NCBI GenBank assembly: GCA_044892505.1
Contig: CM097883.1
Coordinates: forward strand, 227,726,001 to 227,790,000
Source of the DNA: Schmidtea nova
Lineage: Eukaryota
DNA length: 64,000 nt
Direction of reading: 5' to 3'
Shown here: positions 34,375 to 47,980 of the stretch, in pieces
Position numbering within the stretch: the first letter of the stretch is position 1
How the letters are laid out: every line of letters starts with the position of its first letter
Made by a program: the position numbers and the translations under genes
Notes under the pieces: model-generated
Seen by the model: only the letters and a program-made list of their open reading frames with translations
The model's database searches: none
What the model was told of the DNA's origin: nothing

Positions 34375-36830
34375 CTGATTATAGATTTCTAAACCAAATC
34401 ACAGAACCAGGCAGCTACCCATTACCAATTATAAAAGACATAATTATCCGAATAAAGGGCGCAAAATACTTTTCAAAAATAGATCTGCAAAAAGCATATC
34501 ATCAGATCCCAATAAGGAAAGAAGACATAAAAAAGACTGCAATAACAACACCGGTCGGAATGTTTGAATACAACCGAATGCCTTTCGGTCTACGAAACGC
34601 AGCAGCAACTTTCCAGCGATATATGGATCAAACAACGAAAAGCAACAAAAACACAATCGCCTATCTGGACGACATATTAATAACTAGCCCAGACAAAGGA
34701 ACACATTTAAACGACATTAAAAACGTGTTTGAGACATTAAAAAATGCAAAACTAAAAATCAACGCACAAAAATGCGAATTCATAAAAACCGAAATAAACT
34801 TCCTTGGACATACCCTAAACGAAAAAGGAACACAACCAATCGGAAACAAAATAAGCAACATTAAAAATTACAAATTGCCAATTACCACTGGGGAATTGAA
34901 AAGATTCCTGGGAATGGTAAACTTTTACCACTCTTATATTCCAAACTGTAGCAAATTATTGGCACCACTAAATGACATAATAAAATCAAAACGAAATGTC
35001 AAAATAAATTGGACTCAACAGACAACCGAAGCTAAAGAAAGCCTATCACAAGCAACATTACTTGGATATCCAGATCCAGAATTAGAATATCAACTAACAA
35101 CAGACTGTTCAGGTTTCGCAATGGGCGCAAATATTTATCAGGACAATCAATTTGGAAAACAACCAATAGGATTTTTCTCGAAAAAACTAAAGTCACATCA
35201 AATCAGAAATTCGACTTTTGACAGAGAACTCCTAGCAATACATGATGCAATTTAACATTTTCAACACTTATTAGAGGGGCAAACTTTTAAAATATATACT
35301 GACCACAAGCCCCTAATAAATGCAATAGCGATGAAGAATCCATCGCCAAGACAAATTCGACAATTAAATTTTATTTCCCAATTCAATTGCACTATAAATT
35401 ATGCAGCTGGAAAATCTAACGTCGCAGCAGATGCCCTATCTAGAATTGAAAGCGACATAAACTCCTTAGAATTCGAGGAAATAATAGAAATGGAACAAAT
35501 TAAACCTAAACAATCCGAGACAATAAGAAAACGTCCTACAAAACATAGCCTGAAACTTCAGGAATACAACGGAGTATGGTACGACATATCAAATGAAACC
35601 AACAAACGAATATTACTCCCAGAAGACTTCCGAAAAGGATGCATTGAAAAGATACATACAATAAATCACCCGGGAAACAAAACAACATACGAACTAATAC
35701 ATAACAATTATGTATGGCTCAACATGAGAACCGATATAAAGAATTTTGTAAAAAGTTGTCCAAATTGCCAACTAAACAAAACTTCAAAAAAATTCAAAAC
35801 TCAAAAGGTGAATTTCCCAAGCAGTCAAGCTTTTGAGATAATTCACACTGACATTGTAGGACCACTGCCACCAAACGAGGACAACAAATACTTACTGACA
35901 ATTATAGATAGAAAGACTAATTGGTTTGAGGTAATACCAATAAAGGAAATCACTGCTAAAAATATTTTCGAAATGATAGAACTAAACTGGATAGCTCGCT
36001 ACGGCCAACCAAAAACAATTATAACTGATCAAGGCAAACAATTCGAATCGGAAATGTTCAAGGTTCTTTGCAACAAATACAACATTAAAAGAAACCGAAC
36101 AACAGCCTACAACCCACAATCAAACAGAAATATTGAACGGTTTCATCGAACGCTGAAAGAAAGCATTAGAACCAAAGCTAATGATCATAGTTGGTTAAAT
36201 CAATTACCCACAATACTAATTGGTTTAAGAAATTGTCCTAATTCAACTGATAACGAAAGTCCTGCACACAAAGTATTCGGTAAATCAACAAATTTACCAT
36301 CACTGAAAACTAACAGTCAAAACAGAAAAGAAACCGAAATAAACAAATCAATTGAAAACAAACCAAAGAGAATCTTAAAAAAGAGATAAAACTCCGAAAT
36401 GGATAGAAAAGTAGTTTTAACGACAGACTACATCTTGATTAAAAAGCCCTTCACAAAAGGTTTCGAACCAAAATACGAAGGCCCATTCAAACTGTTCGAA
36501 ATTAACAAAAACGTAGCAACAATAATAAAAGACAACGTCAAAACAAGAATTAATCTAAGACAAATAAAACCTTACCACAACAATCAAAACATATGAAACA
36601 ACCCCACAAAAGACAAAGCACCGACACAAACAAAAACACAACCAAACCACAAACACATCACATTCAACCACAAAAACACAATAAAACTTTTCGACAAGGA
36701 CTCAATAATCACACCCCTATACATAAATCGATACAGCGAATGCTTTAAATAAAAACAGAAACACACACAAGCAAAACACATGCACAACATAGCTAATTGT
36801 ACAGTTTTTTTTATTTTTTTGTAAATATGT
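34375..36830 (+). mobile_element. pol: 5'-truncated Gypsy pol: RT - RNase H - integrase
   Basis: IDLQKAYHQIP, MPFGLRNAAATFQR, YLDDILI, TTDCSG, TDHKPL, HPG...CPNCQ (HHCC), HTDIVGP, ITDQGKQFES, ERFHRTLK, KYEGPF. Scattered stops. Confidence 0.95.
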
Positions 36831-36999
36831 AACTTTTNNNNNNNNNNNNNNNNNNNNNNNNNNNNNNNNNNNNNNNNNNNNNNNNNNNNNNNNNNNNNNN
36901 NNNNNNNNNNNNNNNNNNNNNNNNNNNNNNNNNNNNNNNNNNNNNNNNNNNNNNNNNNNNNNNNNNNNNNNNNNNNNNNNNNNNNNNNNNNNNNNNNNN

Positions 37000-38119
37000 A
37001 CATACCCTAACTCTAAGAATTAATTCAAAGAAATACAGCTGGACATTCATAATCGCTGATGTTCAACAATCCATAATAGGAGCTGACTTTCTGGCACACT
37101 ACAACCTCACAGTAGACTGCCGAAATAAAACACTAACCGAAAACACAAGCACAAACAAAGAAACCGTCAAAACCATGGCGACAACCAATTCAAAAATAGA
37201 TATTGGTGTTATCCAAATGGATCCAACAAACAACAAATCAAAACAAAACCTGAATCATGGCCCAGAAATAAACACACTACTGGAGAAAGTCGACAAACTT
37301 ATAACACTAGTAACTTTCGACGAGAAAGCAAACATAAAAAACAACAAACAAATAAATAAACAAATAACAACTAAAAACAGTGAGAACATCGAAAACAAAT
37401 TAAAAGGAATACTAAAAAAGAGACCAAACTCAGAGAACGATGGCAAGATAATACTAACAACCGATTACTTCTAATAAAGAAGCCATACACAAAAGGTTCC
37501 GAAGACGAATACGAAGGCCCATTCAAATTACTCGAAATCAACAAAAACGTGGTCACAATAATAAAAAAACAACAGCAAAATAAGAATAAATATACGCAGA
37601 ACGAAACCATACCACCACAATCCACAACTTTCATGCAACCCCCCATGCAACCCCCGCATGCAACCCCGCATGCAACCCCCCCATGCAACCCTTCACACAA
37701 TGAAACCCAAACAAAGAAAAAGCACATAACATTCAGCAACAAAAACGAAATAACAAAATTTGACAAAAATGCCATTATCACCCCCTACAAAAAACAATAC
37801 AGTGACTGCTTCAAATAATAACACACCATGACACGCAATCAAAAACAGCATGCAATTGTATATTTTTACAACATGCATTGTATATTTTTACATTTTTACC
37901 GTGAGTTGTTAAAGACAGTACATTAACATACAAAACAAATAAAAAACATAAATGGGTATATGTACAAACACGTGTGATTTATTTTTGTAAATATTGCGTC
38001 CTCTGGTTTTAAAGGGGGAAGTTATGTTAATGTTGTATATTTTTATTATTATCTTCATTGTGATTATTATTGTGATCCCTGTTGTAGTGTTTATTAATAA
38101 AGGCGTCCTTGCGGACACA
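37000..38119 (+). mobile_element. Internally deleted sister copy (protease C-end joined to post-integrase tail), PPT and short putative 3' LTR
   Basis: WTFIIADVQQSIIGADFL at ~37030-37100; 37380-37880 repeats 36350-36830; PPT aaagggggaag at 38011-38021; TGTTAA...ACACA at 38025-38119 with AATAAA. Confidence 0.6.
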
Positions 38120-38411
38120 GGAGAAACCCCCCCTTTTTAATGTGGTTTATTGTGGCAATTATGCCTTTAATAATAAAAATAATAATTTAAAAAAATCAAT
38201 AACAGAAAATTGATAAAAAATTTCAAAGATAAATTTAAAAGAATGGTCAAGGACTAAAATGAACAGGAGTGGAATTTAAAAATGAATAAAGAAGATAAAA
38301 CAAAGAAACGACATGCCCATTCTTTTGGTATTGACATTCTATATTGATTGACATTCTATATTGACATTCTATACGTGAGTACTCGTTTTTAACTTTAGTT
38401 GAAATTTTTTT

Positions 38412-40090
38412 TGTTATATTTTGAATAAACTAATTAGTTGAAAGTTTGTTTTTCATTATATATTAGTACATTCACCTATACACGAAAGCACGCAATCACA
38501 CAGATACATAGCAAGCACCCCGAGTGTCCTAACATAAATCGGTGACTCTCTCGGGCTCTTCAGTATCTCTCTCACACAACTCTCATTCATTATCGACACA
38601 AATATTAATAAAAAAGCATTTTACTATAAGTCTATCACACAATAAACGGCCATCCTCGATATAAAAACAAACTTAACAATTTAACCCTCCATAAAAATTT
38701 TTACAGTCTGGTTTGCCTATTCTCAATCACAAATTCTTGTTCATGACTGTTACTGACGCTCCAGAGTCAGATATCATACATACTTATGTATTATTCAACA
38801 TTAATTTACTCCAACTTCTTCCATCCTTCGTCTGATACATCTCTTCTTCTGCCTCGTCTCGTCTTTGCTCATTTCTTCTTTCATAATTTATTGTCTTGAC
38901 TCCACCGACAAAATGAAACCCATGGAGTCACTGATGTTTTTTCCGTCTTTTCTCATTGTAGTATATTTTTCAGGAACATTGCATCTATCTGGGAAAAAAC
39001 ATTGTAGCCATTATAAAATCTTGGCTGTTTTCGGCGTAATCTCTTCTTTCAGATTTGGAATCTTCTTCTTCTATGCACGCTATTCTTTGATATCGACGGG
39101 GAACCTCTTTCCGTAACGAAAAACAATCTAGGAATCCATGTCCCTCCTTACCACATATCAGGTATTTATTTCCCAGTGGACACTCATATCTTTTGTGTCC
39201 CCTTTTGCCACAGCAAAAACAATCACTTACGGTTAATTTTGGAGCCGGTGCTTGTGGTAGTCCTCAACTTTCGTTATAAATCCTTCTTGCTATATTCTTC
39301 ATGAAAATTGTTGGCAGTTTCCTTTTTGAGCCATTTTGGATTCTCACGTTTCTCAAAAATTGTTCTTTTGGGAATTGTTTTCGTCGACCGCGGTTATTTT
39401 CTTCGAATTGTATCGGATGTTCGTCTCTTCTTGGTCTGTGATGACTAAATGGGTCTTCTGGTAGTCTTCTTTGTGATGGTGTAGGTCTGGTATCTTGAGT
39501 ATTCTGTTGAATTCTCATTTGCACTCCCTCAATCACGTTGGCATATGTTCTTTTACCAATTTCTTTAATAAATTCAGTTTTATTGCTTCCATTTTGGTTA
39601 CTCTCAAAAATCTTCGTTTCTTCAATTTTTGTTTCTGGTTTCGTCAATAATATCTCCCTCAATCTCGCATCGCGTGCTTTATTTGCGATGAGATCTTGAA
39701 CAATATCTTCTTCTGATCGTCCTGAATTTATAATTTCAGCTAAAGCTTTTCTTAATCGAATCTCGAAAGCTGCAAAACGTTCACCATCTTGTTCCAGAAC
39801 TGCCAATTCTCTGATTTTATCAGTTATTGACTTCGTAATTGTGAAAGTATTTAAGAACCAAGTTTTGGCTTTCACATCTGTTGCTTCTGTTTCTCTGACG
39901 TTTTCCTACAATTTCTTAGCTTCTGCCACTAATAACACATCGAAGGTGCTTGTCAATCGCTGTCCATTTGTCAACAGCCATGCTTCTATGTCTCTGATCC
40001 ATTCTTCTGCTTCTTTCGATCCTCGTCCATCATATCGTCTGATATTCAGCGTGAGCATTTCTTGGCATGATTTTGGTAGGCATTCCATTA
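38412..40090 (-). mobile_element. gag: gag-only (pol-deleted) Gypsy element with 3' LTR 38412-38678
   Basis: IRRYDGRGSKEAEEWIRDIEAW, QDGERFAAFEIRL, knuckles CFCCGKRGHKRYEC and xLICGKEGHGFLDC; purine tract, then TGTTA...TAACA 267-bp LTR. 5' end cut by a Penelope fragment. Confidence 0.75.
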
Positions 40091-40131
40091 ACGTATTTGT
40101 TTATTTCAAAACTGCATTGACATTCTGAAGG

Positions 40132-40763
40132 AGTGGAAGGAGTGTCAACTGCAGATACAAGAGGTCTACCTTTTAAAGGATTTTTGTGATCTTTAGGTAA
40201 CATAGTCATATTACTAGGTAAAGGCTCACTGCAGTTGCATTTTAAAAGTAAATCTTTGATTTGAAGGTTAATTTGTTTATTTGCAAGTGTTGAAAGTTTC
40301 TTATTGTATAAAATCTGAGTTGATGCAGGTAAGATTATTTTGTTTATCGGTTCATAGTTCGAGAGATGTTCTTCAAATAGAGTATTGTATTGTTCTGTGT
40401 CAAGAGCAATTAGTCGATTTGTTTTATCTGATGGAAGAATTGTGAAGTCTTTGGAATTCTTAATTTTCTTTATGTTTGAAGTGAAAGAATTTTGTGTTGA
40501 GCAATGTTTTTGAAGAAAGATAATTTGTTCTTTGACTAAAGTTTTGACTTTAGTTTCTAAAAAGCTGATTTTTTCTTCAAGTTCAGTCGAAAAGACAGGC
40601 ATATTTGGATATGTTCTACGATTTGGATCCAGAAGATGATTGTGCTTTTCAGCTAAACTTGAAGATTTGGTGGATGAAATTGGTTTTAGATGGTATCCTA
40701 TTTGTCTTCTTAGGCTTATAAGAGAGGCGTTAGTGATGACTTCGGCTTTTTCTAAATCTTTTT
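40132..40763 (-). mobile_element. Inverted duplicate of the Penelope ORF 5' part (copy of ~41272-41911)
   Basis: ORF 40602-40030 is nearly identical to 41420-41910 and lies head-to-head with the main copy. Confidence 0.92.
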
Positions 40764-41825
40764 TCTAAATAGTATATTAGCCGACGCCCATCACCGAGTA
40801 GATCTATCGTTATTTTATAGTCTCAAAATCATCAAAATCAAATCACACTTACATTTTTTAAAAGAATGCAAAAGAAGAAACATCATTCCCGTGAGCCTGA
40901 CTGTTACCAACAAACTGGAATCAACCTATCCATCTTTACAAGCATTGAAGCTTAAGGAAAAACAGGAAAAAGAATGGCTTAAGCTTAGCATATCAGCTTG
41001 TTACAAAAAGCTAAATGAATTTACTAGTTTTACTTGTGCTCCTCTTACTTGTGAAGATAATACTTGTTGCCAGAATTTCTCCAAAAATCTCGACATTCGC
41101 AAGCATAAAAAATTAGAAACGCTACTTTCAACAAATTCAAACAACACTAAAGACACTAACTCACACTCAAATTCAATTCTTCCATTTACAAACAAATCTA
41201 ATCACATTTTTTCAAAAACACAAGAAAACATCCTCGCTCTAGGGACCATCTTTTGTTCCTCCACCTAACCAGAAAGATTTAGAAAAAGCCGAAGTCATCA
41301 CTAACGCCTCTCTTATAAGCCTAAGAAGACAAATAGGATACCATCTAAAACCAATTTCATTCACCAAATCTTCAAGTTTAGCTGAAAAGCACAATCATCT
41401 TCTGGATCCAAATCGTAGAACATATCCAAATATGCCTGTCTTTTCGACTGAACTTGAAGAAAAAATCAGCTTTTTTAGAAACTAAAGTCAAAACTTTAGT
41501 CAAAGAACAAATTATCTTTCTTCAAAAACATTGCTCAACACAAAATTCTTTCACTTCAAACATAAAGAAAATTAAGAATTCCAAAGACTTCACAATTCTT
41601 CATTCAGACAAAACAAATCGACTAATTGCCCTTGACACAGAACAATACAATACTCTATTTGAAGAACATCTCTCGAACTATGAACCGATAAACAAAATAA
41701 TCTTACCTGCATCAACTCAGATTTTATACAATAAGAAACTTTCATCACTTGCAAATAAATAAATTAACCTTCAAATCAAAGATTTACTTTTAAAATGCAA
41801 CTGCAGTGAGCCTTTACCTAGTAAT

Positions 41826-43310
41826 ATGACTATGTTACCTAAAGATCACAAAAGTCCTTTAAAAGGTAGACCTCTTGTATCTGCAGTTGACACTCCTTCC
41901 ACAACACTTTCTAAAGTTCTTTCAGAAATCCTAAAAACACTTTTGCCTTTGGTTCCTTCTCATCTTAAAAACACAACTGAATTCGTCTCCGAAATTACAA
42001 ATACGTCTCTTCCGTTAAACGCAGGACAACAGTACTTCTGGGGATCTCTTGACGTTTCCAATCTTTACGGATCTATTCCTCTTCACGGAGAGAATAATAA
42101 TTTCGACATCGCAGCTTCTTTCTTTGAAACTCATAAAGCCAATACTGACCTCGCTGACTTAACTAAACAAGACTTTATAGAACTTCTAAAATTAGCAATA
42201 AATTCAGATACTGTCATAATTAAAGAAAAACCATTCAAACAAATTCATGGATTAGCCATGGGTAATAACCTTTCTCCCATCTTAGCCATCTTCTACATGA
42301 ACTTTATAGAATCTAAGATCATATCTTTTTTTGGGGACAAAATACTTTTCTGGAAACGATACATCGACGACATCTTCATAGTCTCCACAATCTCTCTCAA
42401 TCAAATCTTATCACACGCAAATTCTACTAACACCAACATACAATTCACTTTTGAAACACCGAACACAGAAGGTAAAATACCGTTTTTAGATACCATGGTA
42501 AGTTTCACAAAAGGCCAAAATACACTAAATGCAAACACCGAGCTATATTCTAAAAGTTTACATAGCGGTCATATCCTCCCATGGAAAAGCCACGTTCCAC
42601 TTCAACGCAAAATCGCATTACTAATAGGAGAAAGAAAAAGAGCCATAAGAAACTGTTCAGACGCAAACAAAATACAAGAAACATTAGAAAACTTCAAAAT
42701 ACGATTCCTCCAAAATGGATACCCTGAAGAATTTGTAAAGAAACACTTCCTTAATGAACCATACCACAATAAACGCAACAATAGGAAACGCCAGAAACAC
42801 AATAACAATAACAAACACACAACATATCTAAGATTACCTTTCCTAAATGACACTACAGCCAACAAAATCACCAACATTTTTAATCAAACAGATTTGCCTA
42901 TCCACATCCGTCCAACGTTCATAACCTCCGCACCGTTAAAATCACATCTCCGAAAGCCACCAATTTCCAACATCTCCAAACATAAATGTCTTTGCTGTTT
43001 CACAACCCGATGCTTTTGCTTTTCCAAAAACATAGTATATAAACTTTCTTGCCAAAAATGTGACGCTACTTACATAGGAGAAACACATAGAACTTTTCGC
43101 ACCCAACTTAATGAACACACTAAAATCAAAACCAGTAATTATTACGAACACTGGGAGAAAGTACATAAAACAACTCCATCTATAGAAGAAACAAAATGCC
43201 AGATTCTACAAGAGGGATTCAAAAATTCATTACAAAGATTAGCTTCCGAGACTTTTTTCATAAAAAAATACAAACCGTCCATCAACATTCAATTCGCACA
43301 AAAAAATTAA
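41826..43310 (+). CDS. Penelope RT-GIY-YIG open segment (494 aa)
   Basis: Uninterrupted RT core and GIY-YIG domain as listed above. Confidence 0.9.
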   Translation: MTMLPKDHKSPLKGRPLVSAVDTPSTTLSKVLSEILKTLLPLVPSHLKNTTEFVSEITNTSLPLNAGQQYFWGSLDVSNLYGSIPLHGENNNFDIAASFFETHKANTDLADLTKQDFIELLKLAINSDTVIIKEKPFKQIHGLAMGNNLSPILAIFYMNFIESKIISFFGDKILFWKRYIDDIFIVSTISLNQILSHANSTNTNIQFTFETPNTEGKIPFLDTMVSFTKGQNTLNANTELYSKSLHSGHILPWKSHVPLQRKIALLIGERKRAIRNCSDANKIQETLENFKIRFLQNGYPEEFVKKHFLNEPYHNKRNNRKRQKHNNNNKHTTYLRLPFLNDTTANKITNIFNQTDLPIHIRPTFITSAPLKSHLRKPPISNISKHKCLCCFTTRCFCFSKNIVYKLSCQKCDATYIGETHRTFRTQLNEHTKIKTSNYYEHWEKVHKTTPSIEETKCQILQEGFKNSLQRLASETFFIKKYKPSINIQFAQKN

Positions 43311-43399
43311 AATAAATTTTTTCATCCAATAAAATCATTATAAAATATTAAAAAAATAATTAAGGCTACTATTTCGGATTAAGTAAATATAACGATAGA

Positions 43400-43441
43400 A
43401 ATACACACTTGATAAAGGCTGTGCCGAAATATTGTGTTATT
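43400..43441 (+). ncRNA. Minimal type I hammerhead ribozyme, U3-A8 variant, in Penelope pLTR
   Basis: atacacac-TTGATAA-a-ggc tgt gcc-GAAA-tatt-gtgttatt. Further copies at 47370-47410(-), 47863-47905(+), 48161-48203(-), 50608-50649(-), 50661-50703(+) and 63374-63416(-). Confidence 0.7.
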
Positions 43442-43487
43442 GTTTATAAAAAAAAATTTTGATCTATAGTCATTATGAGAATTATTG

Positions 43488-43557
<70 letters not shown>

Positions 43558-43757
43558 TAATAATATTATAAACTATGAAAAAATGGAAATTTATTCAAAT
43601 AAAAAAAACGACATCATATTTTATAAAATATTTTTGCAATATATTTTGACAGCTCATCATCAGGCTTTAAACTAATTCAATAAAACAAATTAATCTTATA
43701 CATTTATTAGTGGTTACATAATCACATGTGCACAAAACAATAAATCTTTTATTAACC

Positions 43758-44069
43758 TTAGTGAAATATTTTAAAGATTCTCAAAATACATGTATATATT
43801 GCATTTTGTATGTTAATTTTAGGATATAATAAATTCCGCACGTTCAAAATAATTTTTAAAACCAATAAACAATATTTTGAAATTAAAAATATCAATGTTT
43901 TTATGCATGTCTCATTATTCTTTTCGCTCTTTTTAGTATGTTTTTGAACTTGTGTACAGAGATGATGGACAGTCTTTCCAGGACATGTGGTATTAAATCC
44001 ATTACAACTAAAACGATATACGAGATCAAAGCACAGAACAAATGTCGTCACAGATTTGTTACTGAACAT
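43758..44069 (-). pseudogene. Degenerate GIY-YIG domain of a second Penelope-like family
   Basis: LVYRFSCNGFNTTCPGKTVHHLCTQVQKH resembles the VVYKFxCxxCxxxYIGKTxRHLxTRxxEH consensus. Confidence 0.55.
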
Positions 44070-44230
44070 ATGCAGAACTTTACAAGACTTAGAAATTATT
44101 TTAACATTAATATTTTCAATATTTTTTCAAATTGATTTTCTAAATTCTACAAATAATAATAAAAATAATAACAACAACAATAATAATAAGAAAAGCTTGT
44201 GATTTTTTGTGATACCCAGTGTAAATCCCC

Positions 44231-44274
44231 AATAGCAGACTAGTTTCAAGCTTTTGGCTCTCATCAGTGCTATG
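44231..44274 (-). ncRNA. Canonical minimal type I hammerhead ribozyme
   Basis: AUAGCA-CUGAUGA-GAGC(CAAAA)GCUU-GAAA-C(UA)G-UC-UGCUAU: full core, stem I 6 bp, GUC cleavage triplet. A decayed copy (GAAA to AAAA, no 3' stem I) lies at ~44585-44620. Confidence 0.85.
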
Positions 44275-47200
44275 CAGGAGACGCGAAAATTTCTCTCCGC
44301 CTCAGGTAAGTATAAAACAAAGTCGAAAGATTTTTGTTATAAACTATACCTGGTACACTGGATAAAACATCACTTGAATATGCAACGTCCTACAGATAAT
44401 CTGTAACTTGCAAACATGGCGTATGAATTTCATTTTCGTCTCTGCGCACTAAAAGTGTTCAACAGAAACTGTTTGAAAGCGCACCCGACTGCCTTTGCTT
44501 CATTATTTCAATTACTTTAAATATCTTTTGATGACTTATTTGTTTTTAACAAGAAAAGCTTGTGATTATTTGTGATAACCAGTGTAGTTTTGAGCTTTTG
44601 GCTCTCATCAGTGCTATGCATGAGACACGAATTCTCTAGTCTTCTGGTCGTTATCAAACAAAACAATTTAGAATAGCACAATGTCCAATTGTTGGGCGAT
44701 TAGTATGCTCTCTAATGATGTACGGTCGAAATAATGAGGAAAGGATCAAAGCAAACCATATCATAAAACATGCATTAGAACTGATTTATTTGATGACCCG
44801 AAAAAAATCCAATGCAAGTGATGGTTAACGCAAATATTGCAATTATATTTAACAAAAAGAATACGGCTTTGGTGCTGTTTGCAATTCACCCACAAGCTAT
44901 GACGGCAATTCGAAATCTTGATGTGTGTTTCTTGCGGGGCAAACAAATGCATTTACGTGTATTGAAAACAAATGTCATCCAATTAGCAATGGAGGTGGCC
45001 AATCACGCCAATATCACAATAGCCATCACTCTTTTCTTAACTGAATCAAGTTTTTCGCAGAAGTCGACCATAATGATCTGAAAAACACAGTGGCACACTT
45101 AATCTCCTGACAACAACCCAAATCCCATTGTCCCATAAATCTTTTTATTAATTAAAATTTTATTTTCAATATTATTTTACGTTTTAAATTTTTAATGTTT
45201 TTTTAGAGAGACTGGGAGTGACTAATAATACTAATAATGATTGTAGAAATAATACATTTTTATATGTACTATTTAAACTATGACTAAAAATGACAATGGG
45301 AAAAACTGTAACAACCGCTTATTAACTTCAAAAGCCTTCCAAGAGATGTATCATAACTTAATTAAATAATTATCAAAGTCCTAAGGACAGAAGTCAGAGG
45401 GGGGCGTAATATGAATGCGCTCTTGGCAATATTTTAATTACGTATTAAACAGATTTTTCAAGTTTTGATTTGGTTTGGGAATTATAAAGTGAATTTCTTT
45501 ATAGTGATATGCAATATATTTCATGGATGTTGTCCTTCCTTAAAATTATAACAAATTAATAATTCAATAATTTTCATATTAACTCTTTTATGATTAAAGA
45601 GAAAATTGTTTTGGTGGTTAGGTAGACAATATTTTTGCACAGCCGTTAAATATCGTGTACCTAACAACCAAAAATAATTTGATCTAAAGTCTTAAAGAAG
45701 TTATATGAAAATTATTGAATTAAAAGAGATCAAAAATGAAATCAAAAGAAAATTTCTAATTATTATCACTGGGGGGCAAACTTGTAAAAAGGAGATATTG
45801 ATTGGGAACTTGGTAACATTCCGTGTCGACCTCTGACTGTTTATCGCGTTACTCTCATTCTCTGTCGCTGACGCGATTGTTTCAATTGCCTTTTTGACGC
45901 TCTACTATAATTTAAACTTGTATAAAACAGGGATTGTGATGGAATAGTACTAAATATCAAAAGACCCTTCAATGTCAATTATTACATCAGATTATTTTGA
46001 AGTTGTCAAAAAGGTAGCAACTCTTTTTCTATATAATAAGCAGTAAAATTCTAATTATATATGAATAGACAAAGATCAAATGAATCTTAAACATTAGAAT
46101 GCAAATCCTTTATCCATTATATCAGAGTATTAAACTAGGTGCAACTATCTATTAAATAAGCTCGGGAATAATATTAAACGTGCGTAGCTCTGTTTTAGCT
46201 TATAACCGCAATATATAATGATAAACTTTTTATAATTCGTCATTGTTGCGATAGCCTTTGGTTATATACTAGGGGTACTGGGCATTATTTCAAAAGATGA
46301 ACGTACACATATGTTGACATAAATGCGATTTGACATGTTTCCTACTTTGTTGTAATGACAACAAGCTTCATAACCTTGTATGCCAAATTTTCTGACGTTC
46401 TTGGGCTTCAAAATGTTGAATTTCGATAAGATACACAGAACGTCTGGATAAACTCAAAAACCAAAGGCAGAAAGCGTTGCTCAGATAACAATTTACAATC
46501 GCTGACATATTTTGGGAAAGGAAAACGGGTGTCTCGTCAACTGAACAAAAGACACATGGAAAACCGGAAAGTTATCAGTAAAATGGAACCAGAACAAACA
46601 AATATTAGAATTAACTGAAATAAGATACTGTAGTTACGATATAGTCAAAATCTCGAAATATGTCAAAATTTTATAAAATAAAAATTTCTGAAATGATTAA
46701 AGAGTATGAAAGATGGAATATACAATTTAGGAATTAATATTATTCTAATGAAATTCAGAAGCTTTTCACACGTTCAGNNNNNNNNNNNNNNNNNNNNNNN
46801 NNNNNNNNNNNNNNNNNNNNNNNNNNNNNNNNNNNNNNNNNNNNNNNNNNNNNNNNNNNNNNNNNNNNNNNNNNNNNNNNNNNNNNNNNNNNNNNNNNNN
46901 NNNNNNNNNNNNNNNNNNNNNNNNNNNNNNNNNNNNNNNNNNNNNNNNNNNNNNNNNNNNNNNNNNNNNNNNNNNNNNNNNNNNNNNNNNNNNNNNNNNN
47001 NNNNNNNNNNNNNNNNNNNNNNNNNNNNNNNNNNNNNNNNNNNNNNNNNNNNNNNNNNNNNNNNNNNNNNNNNNNNNNNNNNNNNNNNNNNNNNATTAAT
47101 TTATAAATAACATATATTGTATTATAAGTAATCAATTTTATTATATAGTCAAAGTATTATAAGTATAAATGCTGGCACGCATAATTGTCATTATTATTTA

Positions 47201-47320
47201 ATTGATTAATTCGCCATTTTAAATTTGTTCGAATAAGACAAATTATTACGCGAGCAGCTTTATTTGAATATATTTTAACAACAACAAATCTTTAATTATT
47301 AACAATTATTATTATTATTA

Positions 47321-47980
47321 TTATCAATAATTCTCATAATGACTATAGATCAAAATTTTTTTTATAAACAATAACACAATATTTCGGCACAGCCTTTATC
47401 AAGTGTGTAGTTCTATCGTTATATTTACTTAATCCTAAATAGTAGCCTTAATTATTTTTTTAATTTTTTATAATGATTTTATTGGATTTTATTTTATATA
47501 AACTTTCTTGTCAAAAATGTGACGCTACTTACATAGGAGAAACACATAGAACTTTTCGCACCCGACTTAATGAACATACTAAAATCAAAACCAGTAATTA
47601 TTACGAACACTGGGAAAAAGTACATAAAACAACTCCATCTATAGAAGAAACAAAATGCCAGATCCTACAAGAGGGATTCAAAAATTCATTACAAAGATTA
47701 GCTTCCGAGACTTTTTTCATAAAAAAATACAAACCGTCCATCAACATTCAATTCGCACAAAAAAATTAAAATAAAATAAATTTTTTCATCCAATAAAATC
47801 ATTATAAAAAATTAAAAAAATAATTAAGGCTACTATTTAGGATTAAGTAAATATAACGATAGAAATACACACTTGATAAAGGCTGTGCCGAAATATTGTG
47901 TTATTGTTTATAAAAAAAAATTTTGATCTATAGTCATTATGAGAATTATTGATAATAATAATAAAAAAAGATCAAAGGTG
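47321..47980 (+). mobile_element. Short Penelope copy: inverted pLTR plus 3' GIY-YIG fragment and pLTR
   Basis: 47321-47488 is the reverse complement of the pLTR. 47498-47769 encodes the GIY-YIG C-terminus, identical in type to 43040-43310. Confidence 0.92.

Larger units (their letters stand above)
40770..43470 (+). mobile_element. Penelope-like element (RT + GIY-YIG), 5'-truncated, N-terminal frameshifts, 3' pseudo-LTR ending in (AAT)n
   Basis: ECKRRNIIP, SLDVSNLYGSIP, GLAMGNNLSPILA, RYIDDIF, IPFLD, VYKLSCQKCDATYIGET...EH, ETFFIKKYKPSIN. Confidence 0.95.

Noticed and set aside
43630-43670. Another hammerhead (CTGATGA on the minus strand)
   Set aside because: GAAA is replaced by AAAA and stem I does not pair.
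44700-45100. Second GIY-YIG relic on the plus strand
   Set aside because: Motifs appear only by stitching three frames, which is too weak to call.
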